Positions 21,044-30,234 of a DNA stretch of 64,000 nucleotides are shown here, piece after piece; within the stretch, counting starts at the first letter, position 1, and each line of letters opens with the position of its first letter. This stretch comes from an uncultured virus (IMG/VR IMGVR_UViG_3300002835_009787) (taxonomy: Duplodnaviria; Heunggongvirae; Uroviricota; Caudoviricetes): the IMG/VR virus record IMGVR_UViG_3300002835_009787. One strand, 5' to 3'. The position numbers and the translations under genes are program-made. The notes beneath the pieces were generated by a model. The model saw nothing but the letters and a program-made list of their open reading frames with translations. It was not told the origin of the DNA and searched no databases.

Positions 21044-21087
21044 TATATGCTCCCTTATTTCTAATTGCCAAACTCTGTACTTTGGAT

Positions 21088-21117
21088 ATTATATATAGGT
21101 AAGCAACAAAAAGTCAA
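21088..21117 (-). promoter_or_regulatory. sigma70-type promoter
   Basis: TTGACT-18nt-TATAAT upstream of 21043. Confidence 0.55.
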
Positions 21118-21124
21118 AAAGTAA

Positions 21125-21739
21125 CTATTTACCTTGTTCCTGTATATGGCAATGGAAAGGTGATCCTGTGTAAGGATCAAATTTTGCAGCTGTAGACAAA
21201 GCTTTTAAAGCCAATTTTTTAGCTTGCGGTATAGTAAGTTTTCTGTTAGTAACTAAAGCTTGGAGTGCACCTAAGGCATAAGATGAACCAGAACCAAGAG
21301 CGTACATACCAGAAGAATCAGAAGTCCAAGAGTAATCTCCGTCAACAACATAAATAATTCCATGTATAACTACAAGTATTGTAGAAGCCTGTTCGGCCAT
21401 ATGCTCTTTGTCTTCTTTAATATCAGGTATTGCGTAACCTTGTTGTTCAAAACATTCTCTTAATGCGGGAATAAACTTGGCAGTAAAGAACTGATCTAGT
21501 TTTTTGCCTCGCATATTTATCGGCGGAGTTGGTGGCTGAAATACGTGGTGAAGAATATTGATAGCTCTAACATCACCTGCAGCACCCAAAAGGTATTTGC
21601 CATTAACCGCAACTTTACCACACCCCTCTTTTAGGGTTGAAATTTGAGAAATATATCCACCGGAATCACTTGAAGATATACGGGAATCAACATAAACAAC
21701 AGCAAAGTTATCGCCCTGCAAACCAACTATAGTTGTCAT
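21125..21739 (-). CDS. Ntn-hydrolase threonine protease (proteasome beta-subunit/HslV-like)
   Basis: MTTIVG N-terminus (Thr1 nucleophile), DSR, conserved Lys, YALGSGS.YALGAL, A.KFDPYTG. Confidence 0.85.
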   Translation of the reverse strand: MTTIVGLQGDNFAVVYVDSRISSSDSGGYISQISTLKEGCGKVAVNGKYLLGAAGDVRAINILHHVFQPPTPPINMRGKKLDQFFTAKFIPALRECFEQQGYAIPDIKEDKEHMAEQASTILVVIHGIIYVVDGDYSWTSDSSGMYALGSGSSYALGALQALVTNRKLTIPQAKKLALKALSTAAKFDPYTGSPFHCHIQEQGK

Positions 21740-21871
21740 GCATTTATTATATCATCATTTTGGTATTCTTGTGTATAATAAAGTGACCCAAAAATCTGAA
21801 CAGCTATTCTGTTTATATCACTTGAATTAGCTGGTTTCCACATTTTTTCGTAATAAGCGTAATTTTTGTTA

Positions 21872-22147
21872 TTACGATGCTTCTTGTTCTTTTTTCTGGA
21901 CATCGATATTACCATTTTCAATTGGATAATTAATTCTTGCAGACGAATATTTATTTCTTATATTTTTATTAAAGTACTCACCAACAGAAACAGATCTAAT
22001 CAAACGATTATATATTTCTTCAGAAACATCATGATATACCCAAGTGGTTCCAGAATTAAATTTTATATATAAAAAATCAGAGTCTTCATCCCAAGAAACA
22101 TTTATAATAAAAGAACTGTCGCGGAAAAAATAAGATTTAATTGTCAT
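21872..22147 (-). CDS. KTSC domain protein
   Basis: SS.I..V.WD...LYIKF.SG..WVY.DV...Y..L..S.SVGEYFN.NIR. Confidence 0.85.
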   Translation of the reverse strand: MTIKSYFFRDSSFIINVSWDEDSDFLYIKFNSGTTWVYHDVSEEIYNRLIRSVSVGEYFNKNIRNKYSSARINYPIENGNIDVQKKEQEAS

Positions 22148-22593
22148 ATGTACCTATGCATCGTTTTGGTGTACTGGTCGATATAGAAATGTAGATCTAG
22201 TATTTGGGTAGATTCTTCTTCTCTGGTCAAATGGTAAAAACCGTTAGACCACAAAGCACCTTCCACTATGTAGCCTGGTTTATAAAAACCTTTTGCACGG
22301 CTTATCGTATGATATGAGCCATCTTCCAACATCTTATATCTTAAAATATCTAATGGTATAGAAGAATTTATCGTTTGGTCAAAGCCATTAACCTGAACCT
22401 TGACTCTAGCATGCAGCGCAGAAAAAGTTGTTGCTAAGTCAAGAGTTTCTTTAAGGCCATATTCACTAGCTGAATAGTGGTAAAACAACGGAAAAACATG
22501 GTAGAAGTTTTCTACAAGACCAAAAGAACTTTGTTCGTCCAAAGTAGATTCAACAGAATGAAGAATTTCTGGGCAATGGATAATGGCCTGCAT
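22144..22593 (-). CDS. hypothetical protein
   Basis: translationally coupled ORF. Confidence 0.6.
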   Translation of the reverse strand: MQAIIHCPEILHSVESTLDEQSSFGLVENFYHVFPLFYHYSASEYGLKETLDLATTFSALHARVKVQVNGFDQTINSSIPLDILRYKMLEDGSYHTISRAKGFYKPGYIVEGALWSNGFYHLTREEESTQILDLHFYIDQYTKTMHRYI

Positions 22594-22594
22594 C

Positions 22595-22996
22595 TTAAAT
22601 GTATTCTATTCTCTCTAATTGTTTTTGCTCTTTTACAATCATCTTTACATAAAGAGTTTTCTTCTCTATAGTCGAAAGAAACTTTATTGCGTTAACTCTC
22701 CACTCAGCTTCAGTATTCTTAAAAGCATTTATAGCTTCTTTGGTTTCTTGATTTTGAATCATTTCATTTACCTTAGCTTTACGCGCAGCAGCTCGAGAAG
22801 ACAAATGGTATTCAACATTTCTTCTAATGGAAGATAAAGAATAAAGCCAAAGATCTAAATTTGATTTTAATATTTCTAATTCTTCTGATGTAGAAGTAGA
22901 CTTAACGTCCTTAGTAACTATTTCTTCAAATTTAGTAAATTGTTTAGCGTCAAGATCAGATATGAGAGAGTGAGTAAATATTGTTTCTTTCATCAT
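22595..22996 (-). CDS. hypothetical helical protein
   Basis: translationally coupled ORF. Confidence 0.6.
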   Translation of the reverse strand: MMKETIFTHSLISDLDAKQFTKFEEIVTKDVKSTSTSEELEILKSNLDLWLYSLSSIRRNVEYHLSSRAAARKAKVNEMIQNQETKEAINAFKNTEAEWRVNAIKFLSTIEKKTLYVKMIVKEQKQLERIEYI

Positions 22997-23742
22997 ACAA
23001 CTTCTTTCTTAGATTGATGTATAAATTGATAAGCTTGAATCATATCAGAGCGGAACTGCTCCACTGCATTAGCACCTGATTTTAAAACATATCCAGGAGA
23101 ATATGTTGGCAGCACGGGCCAATAGCCTAGCCATGTTACACTGCCACGGTAATCTTTTATTTTAATCTCAGTTCCAAATATAACTGAACAAGCAAGACCG
23201 CCCATGGTAACTATGAGCTTAGGGTTCAAAGATTGTATTTCAGTATGTAAATATGGAGAACAATTAATTATTTCTTTGTTATCATACTTACCAAACTTAG
23301 GACATCTATTGACATATGTCAAGCATAAATCGCTTGATTTAAAACCAGCTTCTTTAATAGATTCTACCATCAAATTTATAGCATCTGGTTCTATGGAAGG
23401 AGATTCAGCGACAATCACTACATCTGGATCAACTACATTCCACTTTGGAAGCTCGGCAGTAGATGGTATAGCACACTTCTTGCAGTTACGAGTAACGGTG
23501 TGTACTTCTTTGGGAGTTATCGCAACTTTTCTAGAAAGAAGCTCTGAACGAAACTCTTGAAAAATACTATTAAGTTCAGACTGCGGCAAATGCTTTGACA
23601 TATATTGATGTGTTAAAGCAAGCAGATCTGTTTCTCCAAAGGATAGGTACATCCCAGAAGCTGGTCTTAATAGACTCTCCCCCTTTTCGTTCAGGGCTTC
23701 TTCTATCAAAGAGTTTAATAACTCTTCGCTAAATTCTTCCAT
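22993..23742 (-). CDS. family-4 uracil-DNA glycosylase-like protein with altered active-site motifs
   Basis: CKKC, VAESP, RCP, C.PYL..EI..LNPKLIVTMG..A, PTYSP. Confidence 0.75.
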   Translation of the reverse strand: MEEFSEELLNSLIEEALNEKGESLLRPASGMYLSFGETDLLALTHQYMSKHLPQSELNSIFQEFRSELLSRKVAITPKEVHTVTRNCKKCAIPSTAELPKWNVVDPDVVIVAESPSIEPDAINLMVESIKEAGFKSSDLCLTYVNRCPKFGKYDNKEIINCSPYLHTEIQSLNPKLIVTMGGLACSVIFGTEIKIKDYRGSVTWLGYWPVLPTYSPGYVLKSGANAVEQFRSDMIQAYQFIHQSKKEVV

Positions 23743-24173
23743 TAGAAGCTGTCTGGTACAGAGCTCTGCGTTTCTGTTTCAGATGATGTTCCAGTGGAAG
23801 CTGTCTTAGCTCCTTGAGTTCCAGCAGTTGTCGCATAAGAAATATGCTCTGCAACTACAACAACACGATTCTTGTTCTGATCGTCTTGCTTCCATCTTTC
23901 TTGCACTAAGCGTCCAACAATTTGAAGCTTTGCGCCTTTCTTAATCTTATCAGCTTTTACTTGACCGTGAATAAAGGTCGCGTTCTTGCCAATAAAACCA
24001 TTGGCATCTTTGAGATAATACACCACATCAAAATATCCTGATGTATTATCTGAGCCCTTTTCTGATCCAGCGTAATCTACCGCTAAACGAAACTTTGCAA
24101 TTTTGTCGTTAACCAATTCAACATCGGTAACAACTCCTCCGGTAAGGTTAATTAAGTTGCGTGGGTCTATCAT
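23742..24173 (-). CDS. ssb: single-stranded DNA-binding protein
   Basis: N.I.LTG, FRLAVD, KKG..LQIVGRL.QERW, VVVAEHI. Confidence 0.85.
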   Translation of the reverse strand: MIDPRNLINLTGGVVTDVELVNDKIAKFRLAVDYAGSEKGSDNTSGYFDVVYYLKDANGFIGKNATFIHGQVKADKIKKGAKLQIVGRLVQERWKQDDQNKNRVVVVAEHISYATTAGTQGAKTASTGTSSETETQSSVPDSF

Positions 24174-24175
24174 AG

Positions 24176-24418
24176 CTATTCCTTGCTTTCTGTATTGTTA
24201 TTTAGGATTTGTTTAAAGTTAGTTGATATTTCGTCAAGAAACTGCGTTGATAATTCTACAGCCTTAACAGGACCAAAGTCAATCGTGTAATCGTTAAAAA
24301 GGGAAACAAACAAATTGTATATCCCACTCTTTAAGTCAAGAACTTTATCAGTAGATACGTACTCATCTACCTGATCAATTAATCCGTCTACCTTTGTGTT
24401 ATCGTCTTCGTCCTGCAT
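24176..24418 (-). CDS. hypothetical protein
   Basis: tightly packed ORF. Confidence 0.55.
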   Translation of the reverse strand: MQDEDDNTKVDGLIDQVDEYVSTDKVLDLKSGIYNLFVSLFNDYTIDFGPVKAVELSTQFLDEISTNFKQILNNNTESKE

Positions 24419-24419
24419 G

Positions 24420-24716
24420 TTATTGCGTCCTTCTAGATAAAGCTGAATCTATCATCTTGCCAAGCTGTTTTACATCTTCAAACCCTTTGTCATACATTAT
24501 TGATATGATTGGCTTTGGATCAATGTGGTTGTAAGTTATAAGTTGAAGATTAAAAACATCATTCAAGCTGTAAACTCTATAGTTGTTTAAGTCTCTTTTA
24601 GGACTAGGGTACTTATTGTTTTTTTCTCTATTAGAAATTGTAAGAGTAGAAACATTAAGTATTTGGGCTACTTCGGACCTGTTAAAGATTGGTTCAGTGA
24701 TAGAATTACGGGACAT
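24420..24716 (-). CDS. MerR-family HTH DNA-binding protein
   Basis: SEVAQILNVS..TI.NRE...P.PKRD.NNYRVYS..DV. Confidence 0.8.
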   Translation of the reverse strand: MSRNSITEPIFNRSEVAQILNVSTLTISNREKNNKYPSPKRDLNNYRVYSLNDVFNLQLITYNHIDPKPIISIMYDKGFEDVKQLGKMIDSALSRRTQ

Positions 24717-24751
24717 TTTATCTACCTTTATTTAAGTTTATATATGATAAT

Positions 24752-24780
24752 ATAATATCATTTATTTGATAAAAAATCAA
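24752..24780 (-). promoter_or_regulatory. sigma70-type promoter
   Basis: TTGATT-17nt-TATTAT with TG extension, upstream of the merR-like gene. Confidence 0.45.
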
Positions 24781-24789
24781 CCTTAATGG

Positions 24790-25968
24790 TCACACATTAT
24801 TTGTGGTCATTACTTGAATTTCGCGCTCAAAGCTGCAATCAGCGGTATTTAATTCAGCACCGAGTGTTGCAATAAGATGAGGGAGTAAAGAAGAATAAGT
24901 ATAAGTTATATCCCACGGTCTTCCAGAAGGGATGCTGATTAAACCATTGTCTAATAAATATGAGACATAATCGCCATGGTCATAATCGTCATTTTCCATA
25001 ACTGCTTCTATATCCTCAGGGTCATAATGGCCAGAAAGGTAATCTGCTAAGTTATCGTAGTAAGCACTCTGGTCACGGACACTGTCGGTTCGATAATCAA
25101 AAGTGCGAGTAGGACCAGACACATTCGGCCATGACATTTCGCAAACATCGGATAAAGAAAATTTTTCCCAAACACTTAGGATAAGTTTAACCTGCGCTGG
25201 AGAAGCACTGTATCTGTTTATGGACATATTGCTAGTGGGAAAATTTAATTGATATACTTGCTCAGGGATGTTCTTTAGCACTGTTTGGTTCTGCGGCAAC
25301 TGCATAGAAAGATGTAAACAAGCTTCTGTCAAATCATGGTTCGTGCCAGAATTCCAAACCCAGTCATAAGCAGACTGTATTATGCCTGCATGATTCTTAG
25401 GATATCTATCAACATCCTCCATGTTTGACATTGTTGGGGAACAAAGTAAACCGTCAGTATAAAAGTTTGGAATAGGTGGAAGAAATAACTCTTGGTCAGT
25501 AGAAGATAAGCTGCTCTTCATGAAGAACATTCTTACTTCATAGGTATACATGTTAGGATTAAACTTAACAAAATATAGTTGCCAAGGTATTGGAATACGA
25601 TAAACCTGTTCAAGATCTTCACAATCATCTGGGACATCAGATCTAGATGCAGGAACATAAAATATATTTTTAAATGTGGGAGGTTTTTCAAAAACTAAAT
25701 AATTAGTTCCGATTATTTTGACTCCAGGAGGCAATATACCTGTATCTGTAGAGTTAGTTTTTACAGGATTAAAAACAGAAAAATATTCACCTATAGTTCT
25801 TTTTGCGGTGTCGCCAACAAGAAGCATGGTATTGTTTCTCTCGGCATCAAACAAAAAAGGATTAGTAATGTTTATATGAGTCTGAAGACTGGCGGCATTG
25901 TGTGTCCGATAATTAGAATCTTCTAAATTAAAGTCTGCTATTGTGAGTCTGTAACCTTTATCGTTCAT
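24790..25968 (-). CDS. prokaryotic E2-like (Prok-E2_D/PRTRC-B-like) protein, paralog 3
   Basis: YRIPIPWQLYF...LFLPPIPNFYTDGLLC...WNSGTNHDL. Confidence 0.7.
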   Translation of the reverse strand: MNDKGYRLTIADFNLEDSNYRTHNAASLQTHINITNPFLFDAERNNTMLLVGDTAKRTIGEYFSVFNPVKTNSTDTGILPPGVKIIGTNYLVFEKPPTFKNIFYVPASRSDVPDDCEDLEQVYRIPIPWQLYFVKFNPNMYTYEVRMFFMKSSLSSTDQELFLPPIPNFYTDGLLCSPTMSNMEDVDRYPKNHAGIIQSAYDWVWNSGTNHDLTEACLHLSMQLPQNQTVLKNIPEQVYQLNFPTSNMSINRYSASPAQVKLILSVWEKFSLSDVCEMSWPNVSGPTRTFDYRTDSVRDQSAYYDNLADYLSGHYDPEDIEAVMENDDYDHGDYVSYLLDNGLISIPSGRPWDITYTYSSLLPHLIATLGAELNTADCSFEREIQVMTTNNV

Positions 25969-27419
25969 ACAACATCCTGTTCAATATTTTGTTTCGGCTT
26001 GCAAAGGTGGTCTATAGATCTTGCCAAAAATGATTCATCTACTGTATTAAACCAGGTTCTAAATCTAGATCTTTCTTGTGTTTCTTCAAGGCGTTCTTTG
26101 CAATGCGCAAGTATAGTGTTATATATTTCAGAAATAAATTCTCTATCATTATAATTAATAATTACTTCATAAGTGTTATCGGTCAAATCGTAAACAAAAG
26201 CAATTTGTTCATTCTCACTTCTATTAGCCATAAAGTCTATAAGCTGACGCTGAATTAAAGTAAGCTGTTGAGGAGGAATTTGTTGAAAAATTGATTCATG
26301 TCTAGATATCATAGTTCTATTTCTTACAAAATAAAAATCAAATACATTACTTTTATAGGTGTACTGTATAGAAGAATCAGTTAGTTTAAGTATTGAACTT
26401 ACGCCAGAAGCGGAAGTTTCACAATGACTTCTACGCTCATGTTCTTCAATTAAATTTGAAAGTTTATAACCATCTATTTTATTTAAAGAATTGTAAGTTT
26501 GAATTTCTTTGATAAAATTAATTTTTTGTTCTAAAGTAAAAGCAGAAAATATACCAAAGTTTCTAGTGTAGAGTTTTTCTCTACTAATTCTAGACCTATT
26601 TAATTCAAAGTCTTCTTTATAAAATCTTTTAATTTTAGAAAAAAATTCTTTAGAAAAAACAGAAGATAGCTTAGAATAAAAATCTTTATCAGAACTAGGG
26701 TTAAGAAACAAGTTTGTTATAGGATAATCTTTATTATTCTTCATGTAACGAATGCGCACTAAGTTCTGTTCAAGATCAGCATTCCATCCACCCATCATAT
26801 AATTATTAAATATGTAATTATAGATATAACCAATGTTTCCTTTTTCAAATTCTTCAAGATCTAAAACATCATTAAAGTCACTTAAGGAAGCAGAAAAACA
26901 TATCTTAGAATTGCTATAAGAATTAGGGTAAAGACAAGGAATAAGTTGGTCATCAAGAGATTCAATTGGCCCACTGTTTAGGAAAAGCTGAACATCAGAA
27001 AAAGATCCAGTAACAAATGAGTTAGCCTTGAATATCATAACTGTCCAAGGAATCCAGACTTTAACAGCTGGCATTTTAGGATGCCCTGAATGAGCGCCAC
27101 CCATGCGAAAATCAACTTCTAATTCAAAAGGAGGACGTTCTATAACATAGGTATTATTTTGGGAAATATACCTTACTGCCATTGGGTAAACAAAATCTTT
27201 ATATCGTTCAAAAGAACGAACTTTTTTTATGCTGTAAAGTCTAGGAGTTGGAATCTGTATCATTTCTTGGAAAGCAACTTTTTCTAAATATGGAGGAACA
27301 TACCTAGCAGAGTCGTAGTGTCTAATCCAATCAGTAAACTCTGAATAGGCATAAGGTTGGGAGGATTCAATTGTATAGATCCTCGTGTGGTCACTGTTAG
27401 AATCAAAGATATGTTGCAT
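25965..27419 (-). CDS. prokaryotic E2-like (Prok-E2_D-like) protein, paralog 2
   Basis: IERPP, VWIPWTVMIF...LIPCLYPNSYSNSKIC...WNADL. Confidence 0.65.
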   Translation of the reverse strand: MQHIFDSNSDHTRIYTIESSQPYAYSEFTDWIRHYDSARYVPPYLEKVAFQEMIQIPTPRLYSIKKVRSFERYKDFVYPMAVRYISQNNTYVIERPPFELEVDFRMGGAHSGHPKMPAVKVWIPWTVMIFKANSFVTGSFSDVQLFLNSGPIESLDDQLIPCLYPNSYSNSKICFSASLSDFNDVLDLEEFEKGNIGYIYNYIFNNYMMGGWNADLEQNLVRIRYMKNNKDYPITNLFLNPSSDKDFYSKLSSVFSKEFFSKIKRFYKEDFELNRSRISREKLYTRNFGIFSAFTLEQKINFIKEIQTYNSLNKIDGYKLSNLIEEHERRSHCETSASGVSSILKLTDSSIQYTYKSNVFDFYFVRNRTMISRHESIFQQIPPQQLTLIQRQLIDFMANRSENEQIAFVYDLTDNTYEVIINYNDREFISEIYNTILAHCKERLEETQERSRFRTWFNTVDESFLARSIDHLCKPKQNIEQDVV

Positions 27420-27428
27420 AATTGGGCC

Positions 27429-28304
27429 TCAAACTAAAGATAGAATATAGCTTTTTTTTTCAAAAGAATTTAAAGATTCTTCGTGTTTTTGATTTGGCTT
27501 AAGAATATAATGATCATAAGAAGACATAACTTCATCCATAACTGAAATTATACTATCTCTTAATTCTTGAGTATCTTTTTCATGAACAACATAATTTATT
27601 TGACTGTTTGTTTTGTCAAACAATTGGTAAGTTGCAAAACCATTAGATAATTTAATATATCTAATTTCAAAACTTTGAGCCTTAGAAGTGTTTGAATTAA
27701 CCTCTACGGATTTAATGAGTTCATAATCATATTCATAAAAAGGACAAGAAGAAAAACCGTAAGTTGAATTAGAAGGATTAGAGTAAACGCAATGATGAGG
27801 GGTAAGCTTGTTTACATAAACCTTGGGACTAGAACAATTAGTGTCTACGGTAGATGGTTTGTTGGCAAAAAGATAACCAGAAGAAATATGTATAGAACCA
27901 TCTTTGGTCATCCCGGTAAAATTCTTGCATACTGGAACAGGAACTGATGAAGGAGAAACTTTAAATATAAGAGTTAAATCTAGCATCCAACCATTTAATT
28001 TATCGTCTACATATCTTTCGGTCCAATGAGGAATTTGACTTTTGTCCGGATCTAACTGTTTCATGAAACTATCTTTCATAATATAGTTAGAATATATAGT
28101 TTGGATAGTTTCGCTCAAAGCAGTGATTTCACCTAAGTGTGCAGGATAATTAATGTACAATTCACCGCTATTAAAAAAATCATAAACTACTTTATTAACA
28201 GGAATTTTATTATAATTATTAATGTAAAAATTTACAGTGTGCTCACTGTCCATTTTTACTGTTGAAAACTTTGAACCTATTTCACTTAATTTTATTTTAT
28301 ACAT
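27429..28304 (-). CDS. hypothetical protein with a Cys/His cluster
   Basis: long co-oriented ORF with RBS. Confidence 0.6.
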   Translation of the reverse strand: MYKIKLSEIGSKFSTVKMDSEHTVNFYINNYNKIPVNKVVYDFFNSGELYINYPAHLGEITALSETIQTIYSNYIMKDSFMKQLDPDKSQIPHWTERYVDDKLNGWMLDLTLIFKVSPSSVPVPVCKNFTGMTKDGSIHISSGYLFANKPSTVDTNCSSPKVYVNKLTPHHCVYSNPSNSTYGFSSCPFYEYDYELIKSVEVNSNTSKAQSFEIRYIKLSNGFATYQLFDKTNSQINYVVHEKDTQELRDSIISVMDEVMSSYDHYILKPNQKHEESLNSFEKKSYILSLV

Positions 28305-28337
28305 AAAATCCTTTAAATATATTAGATGTTTATAATA

Positions 28338-28997
28338 TTAATGCCAACTTAAAAGATAACCGTTAAGTCCCTGTTTTTGTTGCAAGTCTATTTGCTTGTT
28401 CAAGTGAAGAACAGCTGTTTCCAACTCTGCTATATAAGTACGGTAAGCTTCATTGTCTTTTGTCAAACTATCTAAACACTCTACTATCTTCTTAGCATGC
28501 CCTATAGAGTCGAAAGGGGTCGCTTCGAATACGTTGTTATGTATAGAGACTAGTGCTGCGTCGTCGGGTGTATATTTGGCAATAATGCAACCTTTGAAGC
28601 CAGTAGTGGAAGGCTCAAATTTATCTTTTATGAATAATGAACTATCAAATAACACATTGAACAAGTTGTCTTTTGCTGATGGAAGAACATTTTTAAACAT
28701 GTGATTAATAAATTTAGTAGAACTATATGGATAAACATAGAATTCTCTTTCAGAATAAAAGTAATTGTAGTTACTTACAAACTGATCATATTCTTCTTTG
28801 TGTGAAGCAGAATATTGTTCTACATAATTTGTAATGCTAACATCATTTTCGATGTGAGCTTTAATAATATCTATCCGGTTAAATTTCCACAGGATATATA
28901 AATCAAAAGTTAGCCGCTTACTACCATGAAGGTTCGGCATTGCTTCATTCCAGAAAGCATTAAAAGAAGAATGAGACTTAAAATCAGTTATTAACAT
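28338..28997 (-). CDS. hypothetical protein, C-terminal coiled coil
   Basis: coupled ORF. Confidence 0.6.
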   Translation of the reverse strand: MLITDFKSHSSFNAFWNEAMPNLHGSKRLTFDLYILWKFNRIDIIKAHIENDVSITNYVEQYSASHKEEYDQFVSNYNYFYSEREFYVYPYSSTKFINHMFKNVLPSAKDNLFNVLFDSSLFIKDKFEPSTTGFKGCIIAKYTPDDAALVSIHNNVFEATPFDSIGHAKKIVECLDSLTKDNEAYRTYIAELETAVLHLNKQIDLQQKQGLNGYLLSWH

Positions 28998-29284
28998 TAG
29001 TTGACCTCTATAGAGTATAGTTCTATTTTTGATTGTCGAAGATAGGTTAAGAGTGAACTTTCAACCATATGAAGAGATTTAAATTCAGGACAAATAGATT
29101 TAACAATTGGATAAATTTGAGACAGATAAGCTATATTCTGTAATAATAAATAGTTCTGTTTATCTACAAACAAAACGCATTCATTATTATTTATCTGTGT
29201 TAGATAACTTTTCCTTAACCACGTTGTTAATGGCTCTGGCAAGTCCTGGATCTTTATCGGCCACAAATCCTTTAGATCCTTCAT
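28997..29284 (-). CDS. hypothetical protein (start uncertain; overlaps the neighbouring gene)
   Basis: stop is coupled to the next gene. Confidence 0.4.
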   Translation of the reverse strand: MKDLKDLWPIKIQDLPEPLTTWLRKSYLTQINNNECVLFVDKQNYLLLQNIAYLSQIYPIVKSICPEFKSLHMVESSLLTYLRQSKIELYSIEVN

Positions 29285-29576
29285 TTAATGTCTCCACCAT
29301 CTTTTTTCTTTGTTCCGAAAGCGAATCGGTAAAAGCTTTTTGTGCTTCAGGTGAAGCATAGTTCAACTGAGTTGCTAAAGCTTCCATCACTACTGCTTGT
29401 TCGCCGTAAGCATAAACTATTGTAGCGACCTGATCTTCGTAGGCTTCTATCTTCTTGATGATATCCTTAAATTGATTTTCAATATCGTCATAAATTTTTT
29501 TATAAACTTCTTCCATCAAGGTAGAAAGTAAACCAGTAATTAAACTAGCATCTGGTTGTTCAATAGGCGTTTCCAT
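29187..29576 (-). CDS. hypothetical helical protein
   Basis: tightly packed ORF. Confidence 0.6.
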   Translation of the reverse strand: METPIEQPDASLITGLLSTLMEEVYKKIYDDIENQFKDIIKKIEAYEDQVATIVYAYGEQAVVMEALATQLNYASPEAQKAFTDSLSEQRKKMVETLNEGSKGFVADKDPGLARAINNVVKEKLSNTDK

Positions 29577-29578
29577 AA

Positions 29579-30226
29579 TTAAATATTATACCAATCTGGG
29601 TTGTTTGTAACGTGGGATGTAAGTGATAGCTTCAATATAAAAGCTATACTAACAATATCTTGTCTAGTTACTTTGATAGAATCAACAGAAACTGGTGAAG
29701 ACATGTTGGGGATGAAGGCTCCGCTCTCTGTTTTGCGTGCAGCAAAGTGGCCGCACTTCCAGGTGAAAGCATTGCTGTCATAAGACTTGTCTGAATTCTG
29801 CCAATAATGAGATTTAAATATTCTAGATATTGGCTTAGAATCTATTAATCCTCCGCCATAAGAAACAAAAGATTCATCGGTGGGGCTGCCATTCTTTTCA
29901 TTAGTAGGAAAATTAATTTTAGCTGTTCCATTAATGATAGAATCAAGATATGCGGCAAAATCAATTGCGTCAACAAAAACCATAGTGCTACCGAGTAACT
30001 TGCCATCAGGCGAAGTCTTGCCAATATCTATTTTAAATTTAAGTCCTTGGTACCAAGGTTTAATTGAAAGAAAACCGCTCTGAGTTTTAGAACGAAACCA
30101 TTTTTTATAAAGGTCCTGATCATACTGCTTAGCGTCAGATATAGAATGGTTCGACGGGATATCTTTATCCATTTCGATACTGTTTAATACTTCTTCAATA
30201 TTAGAAAAATCTATTTGATCTGACAT
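29579..30226 (-). CDS. hypothetical protein
   Basis: ORF directly after the AAA ATPase; AAGGA RBS before MSDQ. Confidence 0.6.
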   Translation of the reverse strand: MSDQIDFSNIEEVLNSIEMDKDIPSNHSISDAKQYDQDLYKKWFRSKTQSGFLSIKPWYQGLKFKIDIGKTSPDGKLLGSTMVFVDAIDFAAYLDSIINGTAKINFPTNEKNGSPTDESFVSYGGGLIDSKPISRIFKSHYWQNSDKSYDSNAFTWKCGHFAARKTESGAFIPNMSSPVSVDSIKVTRQDIVSIAFILKLSLTSHVTNNPDWYNI

Positions 30227-30234
30227 GTGCATCC

